From NCBI RefSeq assembly GCF_000441555.1, contig NC_021885.1, positions 210,001 through 242,000 of the forward strand: 32,000 nucleotides of DNA. The letters run 5' to 3'. Under the pieces are notes generated by a model. The model ran no database searches and had not been told where the DNA came from. It worked only from the letters and a program-made list of their open reading frames with translations. Source of the DNA: Candidatus Profftella armatura. GTDB lineage: Bacteria > Pseudomonadota > Gammaproteobacteria > Burkholderiales > Burkholderiaceae. Made by a program: the position numbers and the translations under genes. Positions 9,964 to 19,186 of the stretch are shown here, piece after piece; within the stretch, counting starts at the first letter, position 1, and the number at the start of each line of letters is the position of its first letter.

Positions 9964-10803
9964 TTAACTTATTTTTCCTTGAGTAACTCTTTCTATCCCT
10001 GAAAGATCGCGCCAACTTTTTATATCACTAAAACCATATTTAAACAATAATTTTCTAACTAAATTAGATTGATTATAACCATGCTCTATTAATAATAACC
10101 CATTTTTCACAAGATATTTTGATGCATTTTTTACAATTTCTTTGATCGATGATAAGCCATTAGAATAATCAGTCAAAGCATTAATTGGTTCAAAACGTAA
10201 ATCTCCTTTATTTAAATGAATATCTCCTTTTGGAATATATGGCGGATTAGCAACAATAATATTAAATAATTTTTTATAATTTTGTAAATTATTATACCAA
10301 TTACTTTTGATAAATTTAATAGGTATATTGTATTTAGTTAATTTTTTTTTTGCATTTTTTTTTGCTATTTTTAAAGCAAATTTACTAATATCAGTAGCAA
10401 TAATTTCAATTTTATTTTTAGAGTATATAGCTATTGCTATAGCAATAGCTCCCGACCCAGTTCCCATTTCCAATAATTTTATTTTTTTTTCAAATGTTTT
10501 TTTTACAATTAAATCTACCAATAATTCGGTTTCAGGTCTTGGGATAAGAACATCTGAAGTTATATTTAATACTAGCCCATAAAATTCCTTTTTACCAATA
10601 ATATATGCAATTGGTTCTCCTAATATACGTCTTTGAATTAATTTATTAAGAATATTTATTTCTTGTTTATGTAATTTTTTTTCATTATTAATAATTAATT
10701 CTACATCAGACAATCTAGTAACATACTTTAATAAAATATTAGTTTCAAATATATTTAATGGTGATTTTTTTTGTACTGTAAAAATAGTATTTTTTTTTAA
10801 CAT
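9964..10803 (-). CDS. prmC: Release-factor glutamine N5-methyltransferase
   Basis: 279 aa. It has the SAM motif LEMGTGSGAIAIAIA and the catalytic VANPPYIP (NPPY). It lies immediately downstream of prfA. Confidence 0.9.
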   Translation of the reverse strand: MLKKNTIFTVQKKSPLNIFETNILLKYVTRLSDVELIINNEKKLHKQEINILNKLIQRRILGEPIAYIIGKKEFYGLVLNITSDVLIPRPETELLVDLIVKKTFEKKIKLLEMGTGSGAIAIAIAIYSKNKIEIIATDISKFALKIAKKNAKKKLTKYNIPIKFIKSNWYNNLQNYKKLFNIIVANPPYIPKGDIHLNKGDLRFEPINALTDYSNGLSSIKEIVKNASKYLVKNGLLLIEHGYNQSNLVRKLLFKYGFSDIKSWRDLSGIERVTQGKIS

Positions 10804-10812
10804 AATAAATTT

Positions 10813-11892
10813 TTAATTTGAAAAGAAATTTTCTATTAAGTCAGATTGATATTCTACTAATAATGAATTAATAATTTCATTTAAATCTCCATCCATTATA
10901 TAATCGAGTTTATATAATGTTAAATTAATACGATGATCCGTCATTCTTCCTTGAGGAAAATTATAAGTACGAATTCGCTCACTTCGATCACCTGATCCAA
11001 TTAATAATCTACGCATTTTTGCTGTATTTGACTGTTGCTCACGTAATTTTGAATCTTTAATTCGAGCCAAAAGAATTTTTAATGCAAATGCTTTATTTTT
11101 ATGTTGACTACGATCATTTTGACATTGAACAACGATACCAGTTGGAATGTGTGTAATACGAACGGCTGAATCAGTTTTGTTAATATGCTGCCCTCCTGCT
11201 CCTGATGCACGATAGGTGTCTATTCGTAAATCAGCAGGATTAATATTTATATCCTCAATTTCATCTGCCTCAGGTATTACAGCTACTGTACAAGCCGATG
11301 TATGAATACGGCCCTGAGTCTCTGTTTTTGGTACACGTTGAACTCTATGAACCCCGGATTCAAATTTTAATTTTGAGTATACATTTAAACCAATAATGCG
11401 TGCAATTATTTCTTTATACCCCCCTATTTCAGAAAGAGACCTAGATATTATTTCAAATTTCCAATAATTTCGTTCAGAAAATCGTATATACATTCTTAAT
11501 AAATCATTAACAAATAATGCGGATTCATCTCCCCCAGTCCCAGCTCGAATTTCTATAAAAATATTTCTTTTGTCATTTTTATCTTTTGGTAAAATTAATT
11601 TTTTTATCTCCAATTCAATATCAAATATACGTTTTTTTGCTAAGTTAATTTCATCTAAAGCAAAATTTCTCATTTCTAAGTCATTTAACATTTCTTTTGC
11701 GGTTATAATATCCTCATTTATTTTTTTATAATTATTATAAAGTTCTACAATAGGATATAAAAACGAATGTTCACGAACTTTTTTACAATAATCTTTAATG
11801 TTATTATGAACTTCTTTCTGTGTAAGTAAAAAATCCAATTCTTTTAATCGTTTTGAAAATTTTTCAAGTTTAGATAGCATTAAATGTTTCAT
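10813..11892 (-). CDS. prfA: Peptide chain release factor 1
   Basis: 359 aa. It has the GGQ motif ([23 protein letters not shown]) and an RF1-type PxT recognition loop ([17 protein letters not shown]). Confidence 0.97.
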   Translation of the reverse strand: MKHLMLSKLEKFSKRLKELDFLLTQKEVHNNIKDYCKKVREHSFLYPIVELYNNYKKINEDIITAKEMLNDLEMRNFALDEINLAKKRIFDIELEIKKLILPKDKNDKRNIFIEIRAGTGGDESALFVNDLLRMYIRFSERNYWKFEIISRSLSEIGGYKEIIARIIGLNVYSKLKFESGVHRVQRVPKTETQGRIHTSACTVAVIPEADEIEDININPADLRIDTYRASGAGGQHINKTDSAVRITHIPTGIVVQCQNDRSQHKNKAFALKILLARIKDSKLREQQSNTAKMRRLLIGSGDRSERIRTYNFPQGRMTDHRINLTLYKLDYIMDGDLNEIINSLLVEYQSDLIENFFSN

Positions 11893-12051
11893 AATTTATT
11901 TAATATTTAAAAAAGAAATATAATAATTTTTATAAAATATAAATATTAATTAATAAAATATTTTTTCAATATTATAAAATTCATTTATAATATAAAATAT
12001 ATTTTATATAAAATTTTAATTAAACAATATTAACTTAAAAAACTTTTTATA

Positions 12052-13353
12052 GTGAATATAATAATTATTATAGGATTGATTTTTTTAAACGGCATTTTTT
12101 CAATGTCTGAAATTGCTATAATTACATCTAAACGTGTAAGGTTAAAAAAATTAATTGAAAAAGGTAGTATTGGTGCTTTATCGGCTCTTATTCTTTCTGA
12201 AAATCCAATTCATTTTTTTTCCACAGTTCAAATTGGTATTACTTTAATTAGTATTTTTAATGGCGCATTTGGAGAATCGTCTTTAGTTGCTTCTCTTACA
12301 CCTAAAATAAGATTTTTTTCATTAATGAGAGATCATGCGCATGAAATATCATTGGTTATTGTGGTATTTAGTATTACTTTTTTTTCATTAATTTTTGGGG
12401 AATTAATACCAAAGCGTATTGCTATGCAATACTCTGAAAAAGCTGCATCTATAATTTCACCCTTGATGTTATTTTTATTAAAATTAATGGGACCATTTGT
12501 TAAAATATTAACAATTAGTACTGAATCTATTTTAGATATATTCAATATAAAATACAAAAAAAATGATTTAATAACAGAAGAAGAAATTTATAAATTATTT
12601 CGAGAAGGTTTTGATATTGGAATTTTTAATAAAATAGAATATAACCTTGCATCTCGTGCTTTAAAACTTGATGATCAATGTGCAATAACTTTAATGACTC
12701 CTCGTATGAAAGTAAATTTTATTAATATTGATGATAATATTGAAAAAAATTTAATTAAAATTCTTGATAGTTCTTATAATTATTTTCCGGTTTATAAAAA
12801 AAGTATCTCTAAAATAATCGGAACATTGAATACTAAAACTTTATTTAAAAAAATTATTTCTAATCGTTCAATTGTCAATATTGATATTACTTCCGCTATA
12901 CAACCTCCACTATTTATACCAGAAACAATTAGTACTATGCAATTACTAGAAACATTTAAAAAAAATAAATCCGAATTATCATTAGTAATTGATGAATATG
13001 GTGAACTTGAAGGAATAATTACCATTAATGATATAATTCATTCTTTAATAGGAGATATATCAAATAGCTATCAAGAAGAAATAGAGTTTTGCGAAGATGG
13101 ATCTTGGATAATAAGTGCTAGTATGACATTTGATCGATTCAAAGAATTATTATCAAATCAAGTAAATTTTCCAGTAAAAATTTCTAGAAATTATCATACA
13201 TTAGCTGGTTTTGTAATGACATTTCTTGGGCATATACCAAAAATATCAGAAAATTTTATATGGAAAAATATAAAAATTGAAGTTATTGATATGAATAATA
13301 ATAAGATAGAACGTCTTTTAGTAACCATATTAAATGATAAAAATAAATACTAA
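12052..13353 (+). CDS. CNNM/HlyC-CorC family membrane protein (DUF21 TM domain, CBS pair, CorC_HlyC C-terminal domain)
   Basis: 433 aa with a GTG start. The N-terminus has four hydrophobic helices and LNGIFSMSEIAIITS. There is a central CBS pair. The C-terminal block is TLAGFVMTFLGHIPKISENFIWKNIKIEVIDMNNNKIERLLV. Confidence 0.85.
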   Translation: MNIIIIIGLIFLNGIFSMSEIAIITSKRVRLKKLIEKGSIGALSALILSENPIHFFSTVQIGITLISIFNGAFGESSLVASLTPKIRFFSLMRDHAHEISLVIVVFSITFFSLIFGELIPKRIAMQYSEKAASIISPLMLFLLKLMGPFVKILTISTESILDIFNIKYKKNDLITEEEIYKLFREGFDIGIFNKIEYNLASRALKLDDQCAITLMTPRMKVNFINIDDNIEKNLIKILDSSYNYFPVYKKSISKIIGTLNTKTLFKKIISNRSIVNIDITSAIQPPLFIPETISTMQLLETFKKNKSELSLVIDEYGELEGIITINDIIHSLIGDISNSYQEEIEFCEDGSWIISASMTFDRFKELLSNQVNFPVKISRNYHTLAGFVMTFLGHIPKISENFIWKNIKIEVIDMNNNKIERLLVTILNDKNKY

Positions 13354-13361
13354 TTATTAAT

Positions 13362-15593
13362 TTATATTAAATTTAATAATTTATTAAAAGTTTTACTTGG
13401 GCGCATCGCATGATTTATTAATTTATTAATTGGCATAAAATAACCACCAATATTTACTGGTTTTCCTTGAATATATTGAAATTCTTTAATAATTTTTTTT
13501 TGATTATTTAATAAAGAATTAAAAAAAGGAGTAAAAAAATAATTCAAATCTTTATCTAATTTCTGAGTTGCTAACGCTTGTGCCCAATATATTGTTAAAT
13601 AAAATTGACTCTCTCTAGTATCTAATTCATTAACAATAGGTGATGGTAATTTATTGTAATCAAGTAATTTGTTAATAGCTATTTCCAATGTTTTTGAAAG
13701 AATATTGGCTTTTTTATTATTAGTTTTTATAAAAAGACATTCTAAAGAAGATAATAAAGCTAAAAACTCTCCCAATGAATTCCATCTTAAATGGTTTTCT
13801 ATTAAAAATTGTTCAATATGTTTCGGGGCAGAACCACCGGAACCTGTTTCAAATAAATTTCCACCAGATAATAGAGGTATAATAGATAACATTTTAGAGC
13901 TAGTACCCAATTCTAAGATTGGAAATAAATCAGTTAAATAATCACGCAAAACATTTCCTGTTACAGAAATAGTATCTTTACCATTAATTAAACGTTTTAA
14001 TGTATAGTTCATGGCATCAATTTTAGACATAATTTTAATATTTTTTATATCTTTTACATTGCATTCTTTTAAAAAAAATTCAATTTTTTTAATTATTTCA
14101 AATTCATGTGGACGCTGAGTATCTAACCAAAATATTGTTGGTATATTAGTTTGTTTTGATCGATTAATTGCTAGCATAATCCAATTTTTAATTGATTCAT
14201 CTTTTGTTTGACATACTCTCCAAATATCACCTTTCTTAACATGATGCTCAATTAAAATATTATTATTATAAACATCAACAATTCTAGCTATACCATCATA
14301 AGGAATTTCAAAAGTTTTATCATGTGAACCATATTCTTCAGATTTTTGAGCCATTAATCCAATATTTTGCACTGTTCCCATTATTGATGGATCTAAATTA
14401 TTTTTTTTACAAAAATTAATAATTTCTTGATAAATTTTAGCAAATGTACTATCAGGAATAATAGCTTTAGTTTCTTTTTCATTACCAATTTTATCTAACA
14501 TTTTCCCACCATTTCGTATCATAGTTGGCATAGAAGAATCGATAATTATATAATTTGGTGCATGTAAATTACTAATTCCTTTTTTTATATCAACCATTGC
14601 AAATGATGGCCTATTAATATCACATTTTTTTATATCATATATTATTTCCTCGTATTTATTTTTTGGTAAAATTTTTATTTTATTTAATAAGTTACTTAAA
14701 CCATTATTTACATTAATATTTAATTTTTTAAATATTTTTTTATGTTTTATAAAAACATTTTTATAAAAAGTTTTTATTGCATATCCAAAAATAATTGGAT
14801 CTGATTTTTTCATCATAGTACATTTTAAATGTAATGACAATAGAAGATTATTTTCATAGGCATGTTTTATCTGATTTTCGTAAAAATCACATAATAATTC
14901 CTTGCTTAAAAATGAACTATCAAGAATTTCGTCTTTTAATAATGGTATTTTTTTATTTAAAATAAGAATTTTTTTATTATGACATAGTAATTCCATTCGA
15001 ATATTGCAAGATTTATTTAATGTAATACTTTTTTCATTATCATAAAAATCACCTTTAGTCATATATGAAACATGCGTTTTAGAAGTAGAACTCCATTTTT
15101 TTATATAATATGGATTTTTACGTGCATGATTTTTAATGAATACCGGTATTCGACGATCTGAATTACCTTCTCTTAGTATTGGATTAACTACACTTCCAAG
15201 CAATTGAGAATATTTTATTTTTATTAACTTTTCTTTTTCAGTTTTAGGATTTTCTGGAAAATTAGGAATTTTATAACCATGTAATTGTAATTCAGAAATT
15301 ACATTAATTAATTGAGGTAATGATGCACTAATATTTGGTAATTTAATAATATTGATATATGGTTTTTTTATTAATTTACTTAATTCATCCAGATCATCTA
15401 ATATTTTTTGATCTTTTCTTAAATAAGAGGAAAATTTAGACAATGTTCTTGCGGCTATTGAAATATTACTGCTAATTATTTTAATATTCGCTAATGTAGT
15501 AAATTTTTTAATAATAGGAAAAAAAGAATAAGTTGCCAACATGGGCGCTTCATCAGTTAATGTATAAAAAATAGTTGATTTATTAATAGTCAT
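13362..15593 (-). CDS. icd: Isocitrate dehydrogenase (NADP), monomeric ~740-aa type
   Basis: 743 aa. The N-terminus TIFYTLTDEAPMLATYSFFPIIKKFT matches the Azotobacter-type monomeric IDH (KIIYTLTDEAPALATYSLLPII), and the length is diagnostic. Confidence 0.93.
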   Translation of the reverse strand: MTINKSTIFYTLTDEAPMLATYSFFPIIKKFTTLANIKIISSNISIAARTLSKFSSYLRKDQKILDDLDELSKLIKKPYINIIKLPNISASLPQLINVISELQLHGYKIPNFPENPKTEKEKLIKIKYSQLLGSVVNPILREGNSDRRIPVFIKNHARKNPYYIKKWSSTSKTHVSYMTKGDFYDNEKSITLNKSCNIRMELLCHNKKILILNKKIPLLKDEILDSSFLSKELLCDFYENQIKHAYENNLLLSLHLKCTMMKKSDPIIFGYAIKTFYKNVFIKHKKIFKKLNINVNNGLSNLLNKIKILPKNKYEEIIYDIKKCDINRPSFAMVDIKKGISNLHAPNYIIIDSSMPTMIRNGGKMLDKIGNEKETKAIIPDSTFAKIYQEIINFCKKNNLDPSIMGTVQNIGLMAQKSEEYGSHDKTFEIPYDGIARIVDVYNNNILIEHHVKKGDIWRVCQTKDESIKNWIMLAINRSKQTNIPTIFWLDTQRPHEFEIIKKIEFFLKECNVKDIKNIKIMSKIDAMNYTLKRLINGKDTISVTGNVLRDYLTDLFPILELGTSSKMLSIIPLLSGGNLFETGSGGSAPKHIEQFLIENHLRWNSLGEFLALLSSLECLFIKTNNKKANILSKTLEIAINKLLDYNKLPSPIVNELDTRESQFYLTIYWAQALATQKLDKDLNYFFTPFFNSLLNNQKKIIKEFQYIQGKPVNIGGYFMPINKLINHAMRPSKTFNKLLNLI

Positions 15594-15665
15594 TATTCTA
15601 TAAATCCTTTTGATATTGAATTATTTTAAACTTAAATTGCTTTTATAAAATCAAAATTAAATTTT

Positions 15666-15754
15666 TGGAGAGAGAGGGATTTGAACCCTCGATAAGTTTT
15701 TAAACTTATACACGCTTTCCAGGCGTGCGACTTAAACCGCTCATCCATCTCTCC
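15666..15754 (-). tRNA. tRNA-Ser (anticodon GGA), class II with a long variable arm
   Basis: The reverse complement, GGAGAGATGGATGAGCGGTTTAAGTCGCACGCCTGGAAAGCGTGTATAAGTTTAAAAACTTATCGAGGGTTCAAATCCCTCTCTCTCCA, has the anticodon stem CACGC/GCGTG, the loop CTGGAAA, a 7-bp variable-arm stem and the T-arm GAGGG/CCCTC. Confidence 0.92.
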
Positions 15755-15832
15755 TAAATAAGTTTAATTATATGATAATATAATTAAATATATAATTAAT
15801 AATATTAATTATATATTTAATTAATTTAAATT

Positions 15833-16450
15833 TTATGAATTATTATTTTTTTCTTTTTCAATTGATGAATTATTATCTGATTCCAGTGTATTAACTGGGA
15901 TTATTGCTGTTGCTATTGTTGGGTCTTCTTCTGTGCTATGAATAACAGAAACACCTCTAGGTAATTTTATATCTGAAAGGTGAATAGATGTATTGACTTC
16001 CATTTTTTCTAAATTGATTTCTATAAATTTAGGTAAATTTTTAGGTAAACAAGAAATATATAGATCGGATATTACATTACTTATTATACAAGAATTTAAT
16101 TTTACAGCAGGTGATATTTCTGAATTTATGAAATGTAAAGGTACTTTTACGTGAATTTTTTTTTCTGTATCAACACGTTGAAAATCCGCATGTAAAACTA
16201 GTTTTTTATATGCGTGTAATTGAAAATTACGCAATAAAACTAATTCAACTTTTCCATAAATCTCAAGATTTAATATAGAAGAATGAAAAGTTTCTTTTTT
16301 TAATGCGTGATATATCATATTATGATTCATTGATATTTTAACAGGATCTTTATTTCCTCCATATATAATACCAGGTACTTTTCCTATTTTACGTAAATTT
16401 CGACTAAAACTTGTTCCTTTTTTTTTGCGTTCAAATGCAATAATCTTCAT
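15833..16450 (-). CDS. rplY: 50S ribosomal protein L25, long Ctc form
   Basis: 205 aa. The N-terminus reads [26 protein letters not shown]. There is a two-domain Ctc-type extension with a low-complexity tail. Confidence 0.9.
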   Translation of the reverse strand: MKIIAFERKKKGTSFSRNLRKIGKVPGIIYGGNKDPVKISMNHNMIYHALKKETFHSSILNLEIYGKVELVLLRNFQLHAYKKLVLHADFQRVDTEKKIHVKVPLHFINSEISPAVKLNSCIISNVISDLYISCLPKNLPKFIEINLEKMEVNTSIHLSDIKLPRGVSVIHSTEEDPTIATAIIPVNTLESDNNSSIEKEKNNNS

Positions 16451-16650
16451 TTTTATTTTTCCTTTAATTCTTTATAAGAAACAAATTTAAAAATATAAAG
16501 TTTTATTGATTAAACATTTATTAGAATAGGGGGACGTTTTTGAATTTTGAATATTTAAGATTAATAACAATTTTATAACAATTTTTTATGTAATTATGTA
16601 AATAATTATGTAAATTAAATATGATATTTAAATAAATTTTACAGAAAATT

Positions 16651-16724
16651 CAGGGGAAGAAGGATTCGAACCTTCGAGTGCTGGAATCAAAATCCAGTGC
16701 CTTAACCAACTTGGCTATTCCCCT
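16651..16724 (-). tRNA. tRNA-Gln (anticodon UUG)
   Basis: The reverse complement, AGGGGAATAGCCAAGTTGGTTAAGGCACTGGATTTTGATTCCAGCACTCGAAGGTTCGAATCCTTCTTCCCCTG, has the anticodon stem CTGGA/TCCAG, the loop TTTTGAT and the discriminator G. Confidence 0.92.
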
Positions 16725-16824
16725 AATAATCATTTTTTATTATTAATATTTTTATAAATAGGAATTTATAAATTAAAATAATAATAAAATAAAAAAATTA
16801 GTGATAAAATTACTAATAAAATAT

Positions 16825-16850
16825 TAGTAATATTAATTAGTAATATTAAT
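16825..16850. repeat. Perfect tandem 13-mer (tagtaatattaat x2) within a 370-bp almost pure A/T spacer full of 'aatattaat' and 'gataaaat' iterations
   Basis: Read directly. The related block tattaatattaataataaaa recurs near 16858 and 16907. Confidence 0.7.
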
Positions 16851-17092
16851 GATAAAATATTAATATTAATAATAAAATAAAAAATGTTAGTTATAAAACA
16901 TGAATATATTAATATTAATATTAATAATAAAAAATGAATATCACAAAAAATAATTAAATTTCAATAATTTTGAAAACTCATTAAAAATTTTTCAATTTTA
17001 TAAGAATTTTTAAATTTTGTCAAATTATAAAAAACAATCTTCAAATTAAAAATATATTTTATAAAATAAAAAATGATTAAAAATAAATTAAA

Positions 17093-18187
17093 ATGAAAAA
17101 ATTTGATAAAATTTTTTTTTCTAATACTATCATTTCTTGGCAAAAAAAATATGGTAGACATATGTTACCATGGCAAAATACAAAAAATACATATTATATA
17201 TGGTTATCTGAAATTATGTTACAACAAACCCAAGTTAATACTGTTATTCCATATTATCAACGTTTTTTAAAAAAATTTCCAAATATAATGTCCTTAGCAC
17301 AAGCTAAATTAGAAAATGTTATGGAATTATGGAGTGGACTTGGTTATTATTCCAGGGCTAGAAATTTACATATTTGTGCTAAACTTGTTTTTTTTAAGTA
17401 TAATGGAATTTTTCCAAAAAATTTTATTTCATTAATAAATTTACCAGGAATTGGACAATCAACCGCTTCCGCTATTAGAGTATTTGCTTATGGAAAAAGA
17501 AATGCTATTTTAGATGGAAATGTTAAGCGTATCCTTATAAGAGTGTTAGGAATTAATTGTTCTTTAAATATTAAATTTATCGAAAAAAAATTATGGCGAT
17601 ATGCTATTGATTTATTACCAAAAAAAAATATAGAAATATATACTCAAGGTTTGATGGATTTTGGTTCAATAATTTGTAAAAAAATAAAACCTAAATGTAA
17701 AGTTTGTCCTTTGCAACTATGTTGTATAAGCTATAAAACTAACAAAATCAATAATTTTTTGATTAAAAATAAAAAAAATATCAAAAATTGTTCTATAATA
17801 ATGTTTATAGTGATTGATGATGATTATGTACTTTTTCAAAAAAGATCAAATAAAGGTATTTGGGGTGGATTATTATCTTTTCCAGAATGGATATTAAAAG
17901 ATAAAATTATTAATTTTGTAGATAATAATTTAAAAAATTTAATTGAACTTGAAATTAAAAAATTTATATCATCATTTGGATTTATAAAAAATTATTTAAT
18001 ATTACCTATAATTTCTCATAAATTAACACATTTACAATTTAAAATTGTACCTTGTCATATTTTTTTAAAAAAATGCTTTTTAAAAGAAAACAAAAATAAT
18101 TTTATATGGTATCCAATAAAAAAAATAAAAAATTCTCCTATTCCTGCTCCAGTAAGAAAAATATTATTTCAAATAATACAAAGATAA
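17093..18187 (+). CDS. mutY: A/G-specific adenine DNA glycosylase
   Basis: 364 aa. It has WQKKYGRHMLPWQ...YYIWLSEIMLQQTQV, HhH-GPD (LINLPGIGQSTASAI), the 4Fe-4S loop C-x6-C-x2-C-x5-C (CKKIKPKCKVCPLQLCC) and a C-terminal NUDIX-like domain. Confidence 0.9.
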   Translation: MKKFDKIFFSNTIISWQKKYGRHMLPWQNTKNTYYIWLSEIMLQQTQVNTVIPYYQRFLKKFPNIMSLAQAKLENVMELWSGLGYYSRARNLHICAKLVFFKYNGIFPKNFISLINLPGIGQSTASAIRVFAYGKRNAILDGNVKRILIRVLGINCSLNIKFIEKKLWRYAIDLLPKKNIEIYTQGLMDFGSIICKKIKPKCKVCPLQLCCISYKTNKINNFLIKNKKNIKNCSIIMFIVIDDDYVLFQKRSNKGIWGGLLSFPEWILKDKIINFVDNNLKNLIELEIKKFISSFGFIKNYLILPIISHKLTHLQFKIVPCHIFLKKCFLKENKNNFIWYPIKKIKNSPIPAPVRKILFQIIQR

Positions 18188-18202
18188 TTTTTATACATAG
18201 AT

Positions 18203-18778
18203 TTAATTTCTTATTATTTTTTTATATTCATTTGTTCGTGTATCAATCTCAATTAAATCATTTTTATGTACAAATAATGGGGCTAAAATAACATAACAAT
18301 ATTTTTTGATTGCATTTTCAATTTTAATTTTTTTTAAAACATTTTTAGAAGTATTTCCCCTAACGGCTGACTCTGAATATATAACTTTTCGTATTATTGT
18401 GTCAGGCAATTCAATTGTGATAATTTTTTTTTGATACAAGATAGCTTCACATTCCATGTCATTTTTAAGATATTTTAAAATATTTTTAATATTTTCAATT
18501 TTTAATTCATATTGTTCGTAATTTTTATCTATAAATATATAAAATGGATTTGAAAAATATAAATAAGTCATTGGTTTTTTTTTTAAAATAATTACATTAA
18601 TTTTTTCATCACCACGAAAAATATTTTCCGTCAATTTATTTGTTAAAATATTCTTCATTTTCCATTTATAAGTAAAACCATTTCGACTTGATCCATGAAA
18701 ATCTGAGCGTAAAACTATCATTAATTTATTTTGAAATAAAATAACATTTCCAACTCGAACTTCTTTTACTAGTTTCAT
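18203..18778 (-). CDS. efp: Elongation factor P, Arg32 (EarP/rhamnosylation) type
   Basis: 191 aa. The loop is HGSS-R32-NGFTYKWKMKNILT and the C-terminus is SESAVRGNTSKNV...IEIDTRTNEYKK. It is colinear with Pseudomonas/betaproteobacterial EF-P (KSGRNAAVVKMKLKNLLTG...IEIDTRTGEYKSR). Confidence 0.88.
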   Translation of the reverse strand: MKLVKEVRVGNVILFQNKLMIVLRSDFHGSSRNGFTYKWKMKNILTNKLTENIFRGDEKINVIILKKKPMTYLYFSNPFYIFIDKNYEQYELKIENIKNILKYLKNDMECEAILYQKKIITIELPDTIIRKVIYSESAVRGNTSKNVLKKIKIENAIKKYCYVILAPLFVHKNDLIEIDTRTNEYKKIIRN

Positions 18779-19186
18779 ATTTTTAAAATATATTATTTAG
18801 TTTTTAAAAAACATATTATAAATTTTTAATAAATACAATTTTTTTAAAAAATTTTATATATCTTATATAAATTAATATTTTTTCCTATACTTTTTCAGAT
18901 AAATTATATAATCTTTTATCAAATTCTATTTAAGAAATAAATAGTAGCATATATACTATTATTTTTTTGCAGATATATTTTATAGATATTTATGTTTTTT
19001 TTAGAAAATTATTTTATAGATTTTATTGTTATTTCTAACATCATTATAGTTATAAGATATTTTTTATTTTTTTTAAATTAAAATTTTCATTTTTTATTAA
19101 AATTTTTATTAAATATATAATATAAATATCTCTATTTTCTAAAAATATCTTTTTATAAAAAGTAAATAGTAAATAATTTTCTTAAA

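Noticed and set aside
16725-17092. A CRISPR array or structured repeat locus in the A/T-rich repeat region.
   Set aside because: The repeats are 8-20 bp, degenerate, contiguous or irregularly spaced, with no unique spacers of consistent length and no cas genes. This is low-complexity slippage sequence.
106-18291. Small ORFs in the track nested in or overlapping larger genes (106-294, 1530-1787, 2307-2549, 7403-7585, 10307-10582, 12333-12557, 12792-13025, 13669-13941, 16961-17161, 18106-18291).
   Set aside because: All lie in alternate frames or antisense to strongly supported conserved genes, or in low-complexity A/T spacer. They have Ile/Phe/Lys/Asn-rich compositions with no recognisable motifs, so they are chance ORFs.
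18779-19186. A duplicated 'tattttatagat' motif (near 18977 and 19010) as a regulator binding site for the PKS locus.
   Set aside because: It is a short A/T-only motif in a divergent promoter spacer. Such a duplication is expected by chance at this composition, and there is no supporting palindrome or conservation evidence.
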